A stretch of DNA of 64,000 nt from an uncultured virus (IMG/VR IMGVR_UViG_3300042890_000801) (IMGVR_UViG_3300042890_000801), one strand, 5' to 3'; shown: positions 36,701 through 45,549, counted from the first letter of the stretch. Notes: a model not told the origin generated them from the sequence alone. Numbers and translations are program-made.

Positions 36701-38211
36701 TGATTAAGAACCCGTTGTTCTGGTTCCGCCAGTCAATTCGAGAGCCCATACAGGCTAGCCTTGTAGGGCGTGCTGGGTTCATATCCCCGTTTGATACGTT
36801 GAATGCAGTAAGCCGCATTGCTTCCGGTAGTGCTGTAGGTTATGAACGCCTGCGGGCTAAGGGCGTTATCGGTCCTGTAGATGTAATCCCCGACCCGGCT
36901 GAGTTTATAAAAGCTGTGCAGGACGGTAAGGGGTTGGTAGCCAAGGGTATGGATGGTATCAATCATGTCCACGAAGCAATGGATGCGGCTACTCGCGTAG
37001 TAGTCTACGAAAAAGCAAAGAAAGATGCTTTGAGCAAAGGCTATGATGAAGATACTGCCGACGCTATCGGTGTTATGAAAGCCAGAGAAATCATCAACTT
37101 TGCCAAGCAAGGGCGCAGCAAAACCGTTAGGGCTATCCGTGCTACGACTCCGTTCTTTGGCGCGGCGTTGAACAGCTTGGACGTTATGGCTCGTGCCGCA
37201 TTCCCTCGTAAGGTAGGACATCTTAGCAAAGCGGAAGCGATGGAAGCGAGAAGGAATTTCTACTCAACTGCGTTCATGCTGGCTACATTCACCACTGCTT
37301 ATGCTGCCATGATGTCGGAAGATGAGGATTACCTGAAAGAGCCAGATCGTGTAGGCAATTGGCTAATCCCTATCGGCGGTGGCAAGTTCATCAAGATACC
37401 TATCCCGTTTGAAGCAGGGTGGTTTATAAAAGAGTTGCCTGAGCTAGCTATGCTGTTGAACTTGGGTGCTATCAACAAGAAAGAAGCGATCACAGAAGGA
37501 GCAAAGGGAGCCGCTGCCAATGTTCTGCCTCCTATGCCAACAGCTTACGTATTACAGCCTGTTATGGAAGTTGCAGTAGACCATGACTTCTTTACTGGAT
37601 CATCTATTGAAGGCAAAGATTCCTATGTCATGGTGCGAGATAGGAACAGCAAAGCAAGTAAGTTGATGACTGAAGTGGTCAACAAGATGGAGGACATGGG
37701 TGTTAATGTTCTCGGTGTATCTGCCAATCAGCTTGAGCATTTAGCTAGAAAGTATCTTGGTCAACTGTGGGCAGTTACTCGCGTTGCTTCAGATGCGTAC
37801 ATCAATAGAGGCAAAGTCACTCCCGAAAAAGAAGCAGGAGAATATCCTCTGGTGAGCGGTGTACTGACGACAGGCACTAAGGACCGTGCAGTGAATCAGT
37901 TCTACACTGTAGCCAAAGAAGCCTCTCAGGTGAATCAATCTCTGGAAGAAGCAGGAAAGAAAGGAGATGCTGAGCGCTTCAATCAGATCGTCAAAAACCC
38001 AGAAAATGTCAAGGCATTGAAGGGCAGTGATGAAATGAAAAAGCTGAAAGAGGAAATCGGAGAAATAAGTACAGGTATCAAACGCATAGAGAACGACCAA
38101 ACTCTATCCTCTTCTGAAATGACTTCTCGAATTAAGACGCTTAAAGCGCGGCAGACGCTATTAGCTAAGCGCGGTGTAGAAGTTGCTCGTAAATTGGGAA
38201 TGGAAATTTAG
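30769..38211 (+). CDS. Large polyvalent ejection protein: phage tail lysozyme, FtsK-gamma-like wHTH, ART-PolyVal ADP-ribosyltransferase, HExxH metallopeptidase, LPD38-like C-terminus
   Basis: AAAIVGNL.QES..G..QW..ER..YERP (~31000-31410). ASISGLQRKL...G.VS....NG.R.VL (~33598-33766). KVVD..G.P..MYHGT, FTSD, GYDG (~33810-34297). HEAVH (34828-34842). KIPIPFE..DFFTG (~37320-37770). Confidence 0.8.
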   Translation: MATNTGLAALFDPSYQTGDPELDALFGLTGQPVEDLPPLRYPERGEIAGIEAPVRGEAPLPIKTGKGGKGTENLKSAYQYFVSQGFAPHQAAAIVGNLAQESAGRTTAVGGNVLPNDPHSVGLGQWNRERLYGGKGYVGLIPFAKQRGSSPEDLQTQLDYVMQELRGPERAAYNSLMQAGSLEEATRVFGKAYERPREKYADYGNRIAQARKYLGAETPDLVVSQTPQGLQKTQQESPYYPVRLSDGQVFDVEKGMGLDEVATMLQQNNINAKPLRSYVAPDGQEFDVEYDMTDDEIQNMLKGQKPVAPEESNYLGALKYGAQQAVSGIAQGAGTEIGELGKAVEGFSPTIGGYLQEKGPQLHAYGEQLGKDIEGTYERPKGLGFVEENVTYPLAETVGGVAPYAGAFMVPGVGPALGTAAVHAGSMGELESRAEAQGKEFVPSEARPYAVLDDVANMIGLNATNKLLKAFGQDAILGSREAIKAAVEKGGIEEARKVVGSRIGNIAKQFLGAEAGTIGGEVVEDVIGRAYTDQPLIGEDAFNEYWETTKQMAPLGGATGIGRGFTEHYNKATEFARLEEQAAVEEALQEQDAQRQKIEELATIGVTPEQLQKYGVRNELEGLSDEELLESFKADLAEKEVAKAARLAELPEELRDIPYREAKRYQQMLEEQEAGITDEENIEPVEEQPAPVESVSANPPVAPEMGAVEIQAEPEADEIPEPTIRGRAPEVVPEAAAEVTNPADILGLNNRSGLRKQLQGFDINNVEDHPKIEGILQKTSATFSAENLANLENKMKEVQSANGIQVPAAPDVGGKPQPEIRQEGRGAPEGGEGVRISRPEVRQVEEIKIPEGIKVEDLPNNRFRITGVDLDTAQQTLVSAKIPKGSRNEELGGLEFNNKVRDKVLSTLQPQAEMQAVPKVKTPEVPAAPKIKAPKVETPEIKNLYNEALQHVQSTGVASISGLQRKLKVNHKEANELMNRLQQDGYVSAPESNGSRYVLDKKAETPTAQKIEGKTKVVDEQGNPRVMYHGTGDIIKAFDREGLGTHFTSDPKVASAFAESFDEGANVLPVRLDIKNPLRVKDFGGSHSEATFVAEDFIKQGILPKNYVDDAFYARIMKGVAGEKANEIYQQNNAKELSKIRQEIEKQGYDGLVYDNKVEGGGDTYIAFRPEQVESAIGKNKETEVAKLPEHIEAWDNLRTADQPAFESLSKDTQKLWRDEYKASEGIVGKDAVDELAKSEKLFTKEAKASNPDVGIRPVKVEDYSDIKDTRELVKRYKEKGTDPELLKLMDTINVSPHLGALPVEWVQKGDKPHSDVVDAFNKGATAMVAWGEKTGPKMYIRADAPLREDILVHEAVHGVTEAALQRNPASAKELSDLSKQIGYSLSEEYRMAHGSKGKEASDFWNEVIKDNPGELLAYGLTSPTFREVLSQYGADGKPFKAYRTEAELNAVRKGQEKPARAFTAQAPKELTLWDKFVDAVAKLFGLPTSRKAEFKRQLDEYLNKKSTYEQKVKDYNTLRPLQERLDTAFKEALKETSKKGIDFEGTAVKQIKEEAERTTPLVKETEVEGPTEAELKEAEKRLKASGLVGAVKDKTFGDKFKGVINDLFKEGRNTSFVAEYVDIREPISKAVQDLPDNVGQKLRSDYIYSAYEQRGNVIQESYRKGFVAMGRDGTIETVADKQLALAEIFKRVGAKNHNLFNNVLVALRVRTIRAQDAETRAQANKMLNMADEMEDFASTLKNPAKRKKFNSAARNLRTVAEKKLESINWDKGRTEFTDEVVKRAETVLAGHPELVNEAENVYALLRKQVDLWENEGMIDKATADDWRKYPNYFPLYKTEKYDEQLANPSAHLDSYGAMMGKNPDKLPKVHRQEWHEHKVFVEDNLLRHITFFASAAAEHSARKNTAYNLEMVGKAERVKKDAWGDKDLIVKFRENGKDVFYRVDDVPSYYAMQSAMPLMSPLLKRMRQAGNFGRGVMIKNPLFWFRQSIREPIQASLVGRAGFISPFDTLNAVSRIASGSAVGYERLRAKGVIGPVDVIPDPAEFIKAVQDGKGLVAKGMDGINHVHEAMDAATRVVVYEKAKKDALSKGYDEDTADAIGVMKAREIINFAKQGRSKTVRAIRATTPFFGAALNSLDVMARAAFPRKVGHLSKAEAMEARRNFYSTAFMLATFTTAYAAMMSEDEDYLKEPDRVGNWLIPIGGGKFIKIPIPFEAGWFIKELPELAMLLNLGAINKKEAITEGAKGAAANVLPPMPTAYVLQPVMEVAVDHDFFTGSSIEGKDSYVMVRDRNSKASKLMTEVVNKMEDMGVNVLGVSANQLEHLARKYLGQLWAVTRVASDAYINRGKVTPEKEAGEYPLVSGVLTTGTKDRAVNQFYTVAKEASQVNQSLEEAGKKGDAERFNQIVKNPENVKALKGSDEMKKLKEEIGEISTGIKRIENDQTLSSSEMTSRIKTLKARQTLLAKRGVEVARKLGMEI

Positions 38212-38213
38212 GC

Positions 38214-38245
38214 AAAAAGAAGCCCCCGGAGGAGCGTCGGGGGCT
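38214..38245 (-). terminator. Rho-independent terminator at the convergence of both arms
   Basis: AGCCCCCG/CGGGGGCT stem (38221-28/38238-45) with a U-tract on the minus strand. Confidence 0.75.
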
Positions 38246-38298
38246 AGAGGGGGAGTGTCCCAAGGAGCAACAAAAATGAACAACAAAAACTAGGGAGC

Positions 38299-38326
38299 AT
38301 TCTACATAAAATCTTACCCCTGTCAA
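38299..38326 (-). promoter_or_regulatory. Sigma70-type promoter with no downstream ORF
   Basis: Minus strand TTGACA-16-TAGAAT, right after the primase stop and ~80 nt upstream of the terminator. Confidence 0.5.
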
Positions 38327-38332
38327 TAACCT

Positions 38333-41260
38333 TCAACCGCCATTCAGCTTGCTCACATCAAACACGTAGACAAGGACAGGTGCCGTAGAATAGTTGGCAG
38401 TGCCTTCACCCAGATTCATCATTCTCTCTTCCAGCAGTGTCTGCGATGTTCTTAACCCATGCAGAATCTGAGCATTGGGCATCCGCTTTGCAGCCATCCA
38501 GCTAGCGAAGTCGGAACAAGAGACATACAGGCGGGCGTCCTTGACTTCATGCCGACCTTTCAAAGCGCCAATCACAGGCTTGCTGACTGACTGGTTAAGC
38601 AGCACGTTGTCTACTACGGTCTGTCCGGTCTGTACGACAAGAATCTGCGCTATCACTTCGTTCCAATACTTGCTGACCACAGAGGCATGAGACTCACCCT
38701 CGACTACAAACGAGGCTTTCTTGACGTTCTCTCTTGTCTCACCAAACAGTTCAATCGCCCACTTCCATACAGGCTCAATCGGGATATCAATAATACCTAG
38801 TCTATTGGCAATCTCCCCACCCGCAAATGCCGCTGCCATACACCCAGAGTAAAAGCGCTCCTTACCTTCAGAGTTAACGACCTCATCGAATTTTCTCCTT
38901 GTCTCCAGCAGCTTGCCTTTTACATTCTCTACGTTAGGCACCACGTACTGCATGTAGGGTTCGCAAGCGACTCCGTAGTTATAGGGGAGAATCTGCCCAA
39001 ATAGCTCATCTGCCTGTGCCTTGGTAAGCTTGTCGTCCTTGTTGACCGGGACTTCCAGTATGCGGAGCATTTCGCCTTCGACCGCTGCCTTGTGCTGTTG
39101 CAGTACCGAGTGAAGACTGTTGTTGCCAGAGGTTTGAAAGATCGTCTCCCATGTAGAGTCATTCGCCCGCTCCATGTTGTCATGAGTCTTCAGTCGGTTC
39201 TTGCCCCTGCCCGATGACAAGTCAAAAGAAAGACGACTCACGGCCTCTGGTAGCATATTCGTTACTTCGTCATAGCACACCGGCAAGTTCTTCAATATCC
39301 CAGCACGGTGCAGCTTGGCATTCACGGTGTCGTTATCCGTCAGCATACCTTTGACGGGGTTTCCCCAAATGCTTGTCGATGCTTTCTGCAACGTAGACTT
39401 GCCCACACCCGATGCGACATTAGTGAGATGCACAATCATGCTGCCTTCACCGACGAACTTATACAGCGGAGCGCCGAACCCACAGAACAAAGCAAAGGCT
39501 CTCGCCTCATTGCCGGGATAGGCATAGGTATTCACTACTTTCTGCCATTCCTCAAGCGTACCAATCTTAGAGTAAGTAGCGGCTACCGACTGGGCTTCCC
39601 TAGTGATCGGACTGTGTGAGATGTTGCCAGCGTCGTCAATCTCCCTACTGCCAATTACGAAGCGCGTATCGTTGTCATGCCAGCCAAATTGTTTTCTGGC
39701 ATTGGTGGCTTTGCCATCATCCTGTAGTTTCTTGATCCATGCGCCGATGTACTTGCGTAGCAGTTCCAGTCTTTTATTGTTGGTGACAACGTGAACACCT
39801 CGCTTAGCAAGGATATCTCTTAAAGTCTCAGGTTTGAACAGGTGCGTTAAGGGTGCAGTCTCTTCGCAGAGTCCATCGTTGGGTAGCCGGATACAGATAG
39901 TTGCGTATTCTTGTTCGCCATCCTTGGCTCTATCTTTTACCCACAAGTCCCTCTCATACACCATAAACTCGTCAGGGTCTTCGTCGTCATTGCTTTCTTC
40001 CTGATCTGCACTGCCTCTATAAGCGACACCGCCACCTTTAGGTCGAATCCACGGAAAAGGGTAGTCAGTGGGAATCTCTATCGTAACCTTCTCATTGAGT
40101 CCTTCATGATTAACCTCGACAATGTGCTCTTCAGGTGTAGCCTCTTCAATTATCACACCCAGTGTTATAGGCGATGTGATCTTGCCTTTATGAATGCAAG
40201 TGCTGCACAACTGAGGCTGGTCAAGTTCTTTCCATTTCTCGCAGGTGCGTGGCCCCTCGGCTCTACTCGCTTTGGTAAACCATTCGTCAGGCTCAGTGCC
40301 GGGATAGTCCCGTGACACCATCTCAATACCCTCGACTCTATCTATGCAGAACTGAGCAATCGACAGAGCAGCGTGCCACATCGGTTCTTCAAGCGTAGCG
40401 CGATTAGCTACACAATAGGCAATCTGCGGACATCCGGCACTTCGCTCAACTTTCCTCTTAACAAGGCGGTCTACGAGAATGCCGCCCGCTTGCTCTACTT
40501 GCTCTACAACTTCTTCGATGCGCTCTACAGTATCAATACTTTTTTTGTAAATTCGGCTGAACTTGAATGTGCGGCTTGTCTGCATCAACTTTTCCATGAC
40601 AGGATCGGTCGAATGCACAGGTGCGTAATCTTCGCGTGAAACATAGCCTATACAGGCTGAAAAATGCGCTAATGAAATATCTTCCCCAAGACTGCGTAAT
40701 ACTACTTTTTTATGATTGTTATCGCGTTTTTTATTGGTCGTGCCGGGTACTCTGAGAATACGAGGACCATCTGCTGTCACTACTGGGTCTGCTTTCAGAC
40801 CCAATTCATTTGTTTTGCGCTTTAACGCATTAGCTATCGGCTTCCACGTGTTGTAGTCAATGGCTGTATCCAAGCTCCAATAAGCATGAACACCGAAGCC
40901 GGAATCGACCAGTGTGGGGAGAGGCATCCTAAGATCGTTACAAAAGGCGACCAGTGCTGTAACAGCCTCTTTTTTTGTTTGGTATCCGCCTTCTTTGCCA
41001 CAATCGATATCCACACGGAAGCTCTTTAGCGCCTGAATATTGTATTGGTCTTGTGGCACACCACTGCGTTGGAACGTAGCAGAGGCGAAATAGACTTCTC
41101 TTCCTGCTTTGTCTAATGCTTCGATAGCATCGTATATCTCTGGATCACCCTGCTCAAAATAGAAAAGTTTTGGGGGCGCTGAGCGGTCATACATCAAGCC
41201 TCTGATGCCGAGCAAGCCATCTTCTGGCAGTATCTTATTAAATAATGTTTCTGATTCCAT
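38333..41260 (-). CDS. Primase-helicase (RepB-like primase plus DUF927/SF3-like helicase)
   Basis: DID.G, DSG.G.HAYW, RILRVPGT.N primase motifs; KQFGW; Walker A SGVGKST; DEVTN. Confidence 0.85.
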   Translation of the reverse strand: MESETLFNKILPEDGLLGIRGLMYDRSAPPKLFYFEQGDPEIYDAIEALDKAGREVYFASATFQRSGVPQDQYNIQALKSFRVDIDCGKEGGYQTKKEAVTALVAFCNDLRMPLPTLVDSGFGVHAYWSLDTAIDYNTWKPIANALKRKTNELGLKADPVVTADGPRILRVPGTTNKKRDNNHKKVVLRSLGEDISLAHFSACIGYVSREDYAPVHSTDPVMEKLMQTSRTFKFSRIYKKSIDTVERIEEVVEQVEQAGGILVDRLVKRKVERSAGCPQIAYCVANRATLEEPMWHAALSIAQFCIDRVEGIEMVSRDYPGTEPDEWFTKASRAEGPRTCEKWKELDQPQLCSTCIHKGKITSPITLGVIIEEATPEEHIVEVNHEGLNEKVTIEIPTDYPFPWIRPKGGGVAYRGSADQEESNDDEDPDEFMVYERDLWVKDRAKDGEQEYATICIRLPNDGLCEETAPLTHLFKPETLRDILAKRGVHVVTNNKRLELLRKYIGAWIKKLQDDGKATNARKQFGWHDNDTRFVIGSREIDDAGNISHSPITREAQSVAATYSKIGTLEEWQKVVNTYAYPGNEARAFALFCGFGAPLYKFVGEGSMIVHLTNVASGVGKSTLQKASTSIWGNPVKGMLTDNDTVNAKLHRAGILKNLPVCYDEVTNMLPEAVSRLSFDLSSGRGKNRLKTHDNMERANDSTWETIFQTSGNNSLHSVLQQHKAAVEGEMLRILEVPVNKDDKLTKAQADELFGQILPYNYGVACEPYMQYVVPNVENVKGKLLETRRKFDEVVNSEGKERFYSGCMAAAFAGGEIANRLGIIDIPIEPVWKWAIELFGETRENVKKASFVVEGESHASVVSKYWNEVIAQILVVQTGQTVVDNVLLNQSVSKPVIGALKGRHEVKDARLYVSCSDFASWMAAKRMPNAQILHGLRTSQTLLEERMMNLGEGTANYSTAPVLVYVFDVSKLNGG

Positions 41261-41282
41261 GATGCCTGCCTACTAACGAAAG

Positions 41283-41303
41283 GGGCGGTGGAGTGCACCG
41301 CCC
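41283..41303 (-). terminator. Hairpin, probable terminator after the SSB gene
   Basis: GGGCGGTG/CACCGCCC stem; weak U tract. Confidence 0.5.
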
Positions 41304-41329
41304 GTAAAAGGATGTTCTCTTATCCTAAA

Positions 41330-42223
41330 TCAATCGTCAGTAGCCCAGTCGTCCAGAATAGCTTCAACAGATTCCGTCTTGACCGGAGCCGCGTTGGTCT
41401 TTGACTTACGCACGGTAGGCTCCTCTTCTTCCACTACGGCAGGCTTAGCTTCTTCACGAAACGGAGACGCCTTGGGTGCGGTAGCTTCTGCGGTCTTAGC
41501 CAAATCCATCTGAGCAGGATTGAAAGCAATAGCAGACAGTGCCTCTGGACTCTGGCCCTTTTCGATGATAGCTGCCATTTCGCTTTCATTCAAAGAACGA
41601 GCAGCGCGGAAGAACAGCTTGGGAGACTCTGCTGATTCATCGAACCGCATTTCTGTTACTACACGAGTGATCGAATAGTTGAACCCTGCCAAGTGCTTAA
41701 CGTAAGCATCCAGTGCCATATCATCATCACCCTTGGCTTTACCGAAGATGGACGTAGCCGGAAGCGTTAGCTGGTAGACATCGCTGTTCTCGACATTGTT
41801 AGCTAGAACCACCGCCAACCTACGGCTGAAGCGACATGCACGGCCCTTACCATTGGTGCCAGACCCTGCGATATTCTTGGGGCAAGTCTCACACGATGAG
41901 CCTTGCGGTGCTGGAGCCTTGGGGTCAGGACGCTTACCATCATTCGACCAGCAGTCAGGCAGACCTACCGCAGTGGGGTCAAAGGTCTTGGCATAGAAGG
42001 TACGGCTCACATCAGGAGCCGCGTTAACGACTACGACATCCATCTTGGGTTCAGGACTACGCGCAGTCTCTTGACCATTGACGATCATGCGGAATTTGCT
42101 ACCCCGCAGAGAGATACGCTTGTAGTTGCCCCCATTACCCAGCAGCTTCTTGGTTACATCATCCAGACCCTGAGCGCTTGATACGATGGAGGTCTGGTCA
42201 CGAAACAGCGTTACATTCGACAT
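41330..42223 (-). CDS. Putative single-stranded DNA-binding protein
   Basis: RISLRG..F, P.CWS.DG..P, C..CP.N..GS, GRACR.SRRLAV, PKL.F; acidic tail ending DDWATDD. Confidence 0.65.
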   Translation of the reverse strand: MSNVTLFRDQTSIVSSAQGLDDVTKKLLGNGGNYKRISLRGSKFRMIVNGQETARSPEPKMDVVVVNAAPDVSRTFYAKTFDPTAVGLPDCWSNDGKRPDPKAPAPQGSSCETCPKNIAGSGTNGKGRACRFSRRLAVVLANNVENSDVYQLTLPATSIFGKAKGDDDMALDAYVKHLAGFNYSITRVVTEMRFDESAESPKLFFRAARSLNESEMAAIIEKGQSPEALSAIAFNPAQMDLAKTAEATAPKASPFREEAKPAVVEEEEPTVRKSKTNAAPVKTESVEAILDDWATDD

Positions 42224-42235
42224 AGTATTCACCTA

Positions 42236-42646
42236 TTAGATTTTTTTGGAAGGACGACGCACAGTAACGGAGTACGCCCTGTCAGTATTCATACCCATTG
42301 GGAACACGTCGGGGTTATCTTCTAGGAAGTCCCTCATTGCTCCGTTACTGATTCTCTTCTCAAGCAGGTATGGTGCCTGATGCGTGTTGATGAACTGATA
42401 GAGGGAATCCCAGTCTGTTGTGTAGTATTTTGTCGCCACACTGCGAATGATCGTCCCCGAAGTTGTCTTTATGCTAGTAGCGTTTTGCTCTTGGCAGATT
42501 CTGTTCATCTCTGCTTGTAGCATTTCCATCTGCACTTTCAATTCAGCTTCTTTTTCCTCGTTCTCTTTTTTCAGAGCGTAGTAAGCATCTCGCAGATTTA
42601 AGAAGGCAGCGGCTAATTTGTCCGCTGTCGGTTTTTCAGTATCCAT
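42236..42646 (-). CDS. Conserved replication-module hypothetical protein
   Basis: Coiled N-terminus, T..GT, DWDS.Y.FI, LLEKR; ATG 42646 has a GAGG RBS. Confidence 0.6.
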   Translation of the reverse strand: MDTEKPTADKLAAAFLNLRDAYYALKKENEEKEAELKVQMEMLQAEMNRICQEQNATSIKTTSGTIIRSVATKYYTTDWDSLYQFINTHQAPYLLEKRISNGAMRDFLEDNPDVFPMGMNTDRAYSVTVRRPSKKI

Positions 42647-42715
42647 AATAACCTCGCGTAGTAATGCGTGAATCGCGTTATCAACATCTCCCACATAGCG
42701 TGTGGGGGCAGACAT

Positions 42716-42744
42716 AGTATAGCAAAATCAAAGGGTTACGTCAA
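42716..42744 (-). promoter_or_regulatory. Sigma70-type promoter for the SSB operon
   Basis: Minus strand TTGACG-17-TATACT. Confidence 0.65.
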
Positions 42745-44300
42745 ATATCACCTCCCAAAAAGTTCTTGTACATGGACAACAGAGTGCTCTGCGCTAGTGT
42801 ACGATCTTCCAACGCCTTGTACAACTGCTTCTCCACCCCACTACTGCACAGATGAACAACCAAACAAGGATTCCTCTGCCCCTGTCTGTGGACTCTGGCA
42901 TTCGCCTGCAAGTACGTCTCTGCGCTTGTCGTCGGGGAGAACCATATTACAGTATTTGCCGCTGTCAATGTAACCCCGTGGGCAGCTGCTTGAGGTTGTA
43001 TCACCAACACTTCCGGCTCCTTGCTCTCTTGGAAATTTCTAAAGATTTCTGTACGTTTTTTCGCGCTCACTCCTCCATGAATGGCAGAGCTAGAAATCCC
43101 ATGCTTCTGCAAGAACTCCTGAACAGTGTCGATAGAATGCCGGAATGCGCAGAATATCAGCGTCTTATGCGAGGCTCCCTGCACGATGTTCAGCATCTCG
43201 TTCAGCTTGTTGGAAGCATCGAACTGCACCACCTCACCCGTATCAGAATACACCGCTCCCGATGAAATCTGCAAGAGTTTGCCCAACTGCACTGCTGCAT
43301 TGACCGCAGACACCTCTTCACCCGCTGCTTGGATCAACATCTCCTTACGCAACTTGCTGTAATACTTCTCCTGCTGCGCTGTCATCGGCACTTCGTATGT
43401 TGTGTACAACTGCTCCGGTAGGTCTAGGCACTCCTCTGTGGTGTAGCGAATCGCTGGTTGGAGAACGCTGTGTACGATCTCTTGTGCCTCTGGTCTGGGT
43501 ATCCATTTGAACTGCGTAATTTTTATCATCACTTTGTCTTTGAACGCTCCAGCATACGAAGGTACAGCGCTAGGGTTCACGATCTTAGCTTGCCCGTATG
43601 CGTCCTCTGGCGACTGCGCTGCTGGAGTACCTGTCATGAGCCACACCCATGTGTCAGGACCGATCAAAGAGTTGAATGCTTTCCAGCGTCTCGTCTTGGC
43701 ATTCTTCAGATAGCTAGACTCATCAGCGATAATCAAGTCAAACCCTGCCGCTGCCAACTCATCCCGTACAACCTCTACACCATCGTAGTTGATGATGACA
43801 AAATCATAGTTGCCTTTAATGACGTTCACTCTCTGCTCTCTCGACCCATGCGCGATACCGACCCTGCGGTGCATCACAGTCTTGAACAAATCCGAGCGCC
43901 ATGCACAGTCCATGATAGAGAGAGGACAGACCACCAGCACTCTACGAATAGCCCCGACAGAAAGCAAGTAATCAGCAGCCCACGCTGCCGCATTCGTCTT
44001 CCCACTGCCCATCGCGTTTAAGCAGAAGGCTCTCTTATGGATCGTCAGAAACGCCGCCGTATCCTTCTGGTGTGCGAACGGCTTGTACATTCCCGGCCAT
44101 GCGTAGTGCCCCAGTATAGGAGACAGCACCTTCTTGAAGCCAAGGTTTTTGAGGATCATAGCGTGACCTAAATCCCAATGCACCAGCACCTCTGCCACAC
44201 CCTCTTCGTCTTTGATGACCTTAGACTTCTGTATTACTTGCGTAATTTTATCTGGATCACGTGTGCGAACCAGTAACGCATTGTTATGAACGATTTCCAT
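42741..44300 (-). CDS. SNF2-family helicase
   Basis: MGSGKT, VVCPLS, INYD, IADES, MTGTP, GVTLTAA, QANARVHRQGQ. Confidence 0.9.
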   Translation of the reverse strand: MEIVHNNALLVRTRDPDKITQVIQKSKVIKDEEGVAEVLVHWDLGHAMILKNLGFKKVLSPILGHYAWPGMYKPFAHQKDTAAFLTIHKRAFCLNAMGSGKTNAAAWAADYLLSVGAIRRVLVVCPLSIMDCAWRSDLFKTVMHRRVGIAHGSREQRVNVIKGNYDFVIINYDGVEVVRDELAAAGFDLIIADESSYLKNAKTRRWKAFNSLIGPDTWVWLMTGTPAAQSPEDAYGQAKIVNPSAVPSYAGAFKDKVMIKITQFKWIPRPEAQEIVHSVLQPAIRYTTEECLDLPEQLYTTYEVPMTAQQEKYYSKLRKEMLIQAAGEEVSAVNAAVQLGKLLQISSGAVYSDTGEVVQFDASNKLNEMLNIVQGASHKTLIFCAFRHSIDTVQEFLQKHGISSSAIHGGVSAKKRTEIFRNFQESKEPEVLVIQPQAAAHGVTLTAANTVIWFSPTTSAETYLQANARVHRQGQRNPCLVVHLCSSGVEKQLYKALEDRTLAQSTLLSMYKNFLGGDI

Positions 44301-44351
44301 ATTCCTAAACCCACCGCTTGGGGAGCGGCAACCCGTTAAAAAGGAGAACGA

Positions 44352-44591
44352 CTAGAGAATATCGTAAACGTCTTCGTCGTCTATGGTTGGTTTCAGTACC
44401 TCAAGCACATCCATTTTTCTCAACTCTGGGTCATACACCCAGTTACGGACTGTCTTGTAGCAGTGCTTTCGCTCTCTTCTGGCTATGGTAAAGGCAAAGT
44501 TGATGAACTCTTCCAAGTAGCGATCAACCACATCGCCCGGTAATCCTGAGTTGGCAGCTAGCTGCCGTACAGCTGTCGGTGTAACTCTCAT
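44352..44591 (-). CDS. Hypothetical protein
   Basis: ATGA overlap with the upstream gene; in operon. Confidence 0.5.
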   Translation of the reverse strand: MRVTPTAVRQLAANSGLPGDVVDRYLEEFINFAFTIARRERKHCYKTVRNWVYDPELRKMDVLEVLKPTIDDEDVYDIL

Positions 44592-44872
44592 TTTTTCTTC
44601 TTAGGACTATCGTATGTCGAGGCGGGTTTGTGATTGCTGGAACGCTTGAAGCTACGGTTGTCTGATGGAGAAGTTAGAAAGTACCCGTCGCCATTACTAC
44701 CACCACGAGAGAGATTCTTCTTGTGAGCGATGTCTTTGCCCTTTCTATCTACACCTTCCTTATCCAGCTTTCTACGTAGCGTCTGACGAGCGAGTTTGGC
44801 CTTCAGCACTCCGCCGTCTTTCTCTTGACGTTCTTTCTCTCGCTGCCAATCTCTGGAATAATTTCTCGGCAT
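44588..44872 (-). CDS. Small HNH-like protein
   Basis: GKDIAHKKNLSRGGSN...S.NRSF. Confidence 0.6.
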   Translation of the reverse strand: MPRNYSRDWQREKERQEKDGGVLKAKLARQTLRRKLDKEGVDRKGKDIAHKKNLSRGGSNGDGYFLTSPSDNRSFKRSSNHKPASTYDSPKKKK

Positions 44873-45549
44873 TACAAACTCCCATTATGTTCGCATTGGG
44901 TACGGCACCATCGGGCGCAAAGTCCATTAGGCTTAGGATTCCATATGCCCGTATTATAAGACATTTCTCTCTGCGTCAACAGTTCATGCAGTGCAGCAAA
45001 GACATCCAAACCCCGTTCAACCGTCACTTCTTCTCTTACCGTTTCCTTGGACACCACAAACAGAAGCATCAGCTTTATCTTTTCAAGCTCTGGAAACTTC
45101 AGGAACAGTGCCGCTGCCATCAAATACAACTGCCGCATATCGGCGTATCGCGCATTCTTGCTAGTCTTGTAATCGACTACATATCCTTTGGTCCCGTTAA
45201 GAATAGCCAAATCACAAATACCCCGGAACCATATATCACTGTCGTCGTAATCACATGCCACCAATCGTCCATCTTCTTTTTTCACTCCAACTTTAATTTC
45301 ACAATGCTTTTCGCCGGGGATAGCCTTTAGCCTTTCTAGGTAAGGGCATAAGTAATCATGTCTTTCTGGTATTGGTGTACCATCTCTAAGAAACTCTTCG
45401 CAGACTGTATGAATCTCCTTGCCGTAGAGTGTAGCAGTGGTGTCCTTGAACGGTACTTCCTTGGTGACTTTCTCACTCTGATACTTCCTTGGACAAGTGT
45501 CGTACAACTTGATCCCACTGTAACTCCACGGTCCCGGCTTTCTACTCAT
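44872..45549 (-). CDS. PD-(D/E)XK (Cas4/RecB-like) exonuclease
   Basis: WSYS....CP, G..IH, RGICD, VDYKT, QL..MA, LC..WC...C. Confidence 0.85.
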   Translation of the reverse strand: MSRKPGPWSYSGIKLYDTCPRKYQSEKVTKEVPFKDTTATLYGKEIHTVCEEFLRDGTPIPERHDYLCPYLERLKAIPGEKHCEIKVGVKKEDGRLVACDYDDSDIWFRGICDLAILNGTKGYVVDYKTSKNARYADMRQLYLMAAALFLKFPELEKIKLMLLFVVSKETVREEVTVERGLDVFAALHELLTQREMSYNTGIWNPKPNGLCARWCRTQCEHNGSL

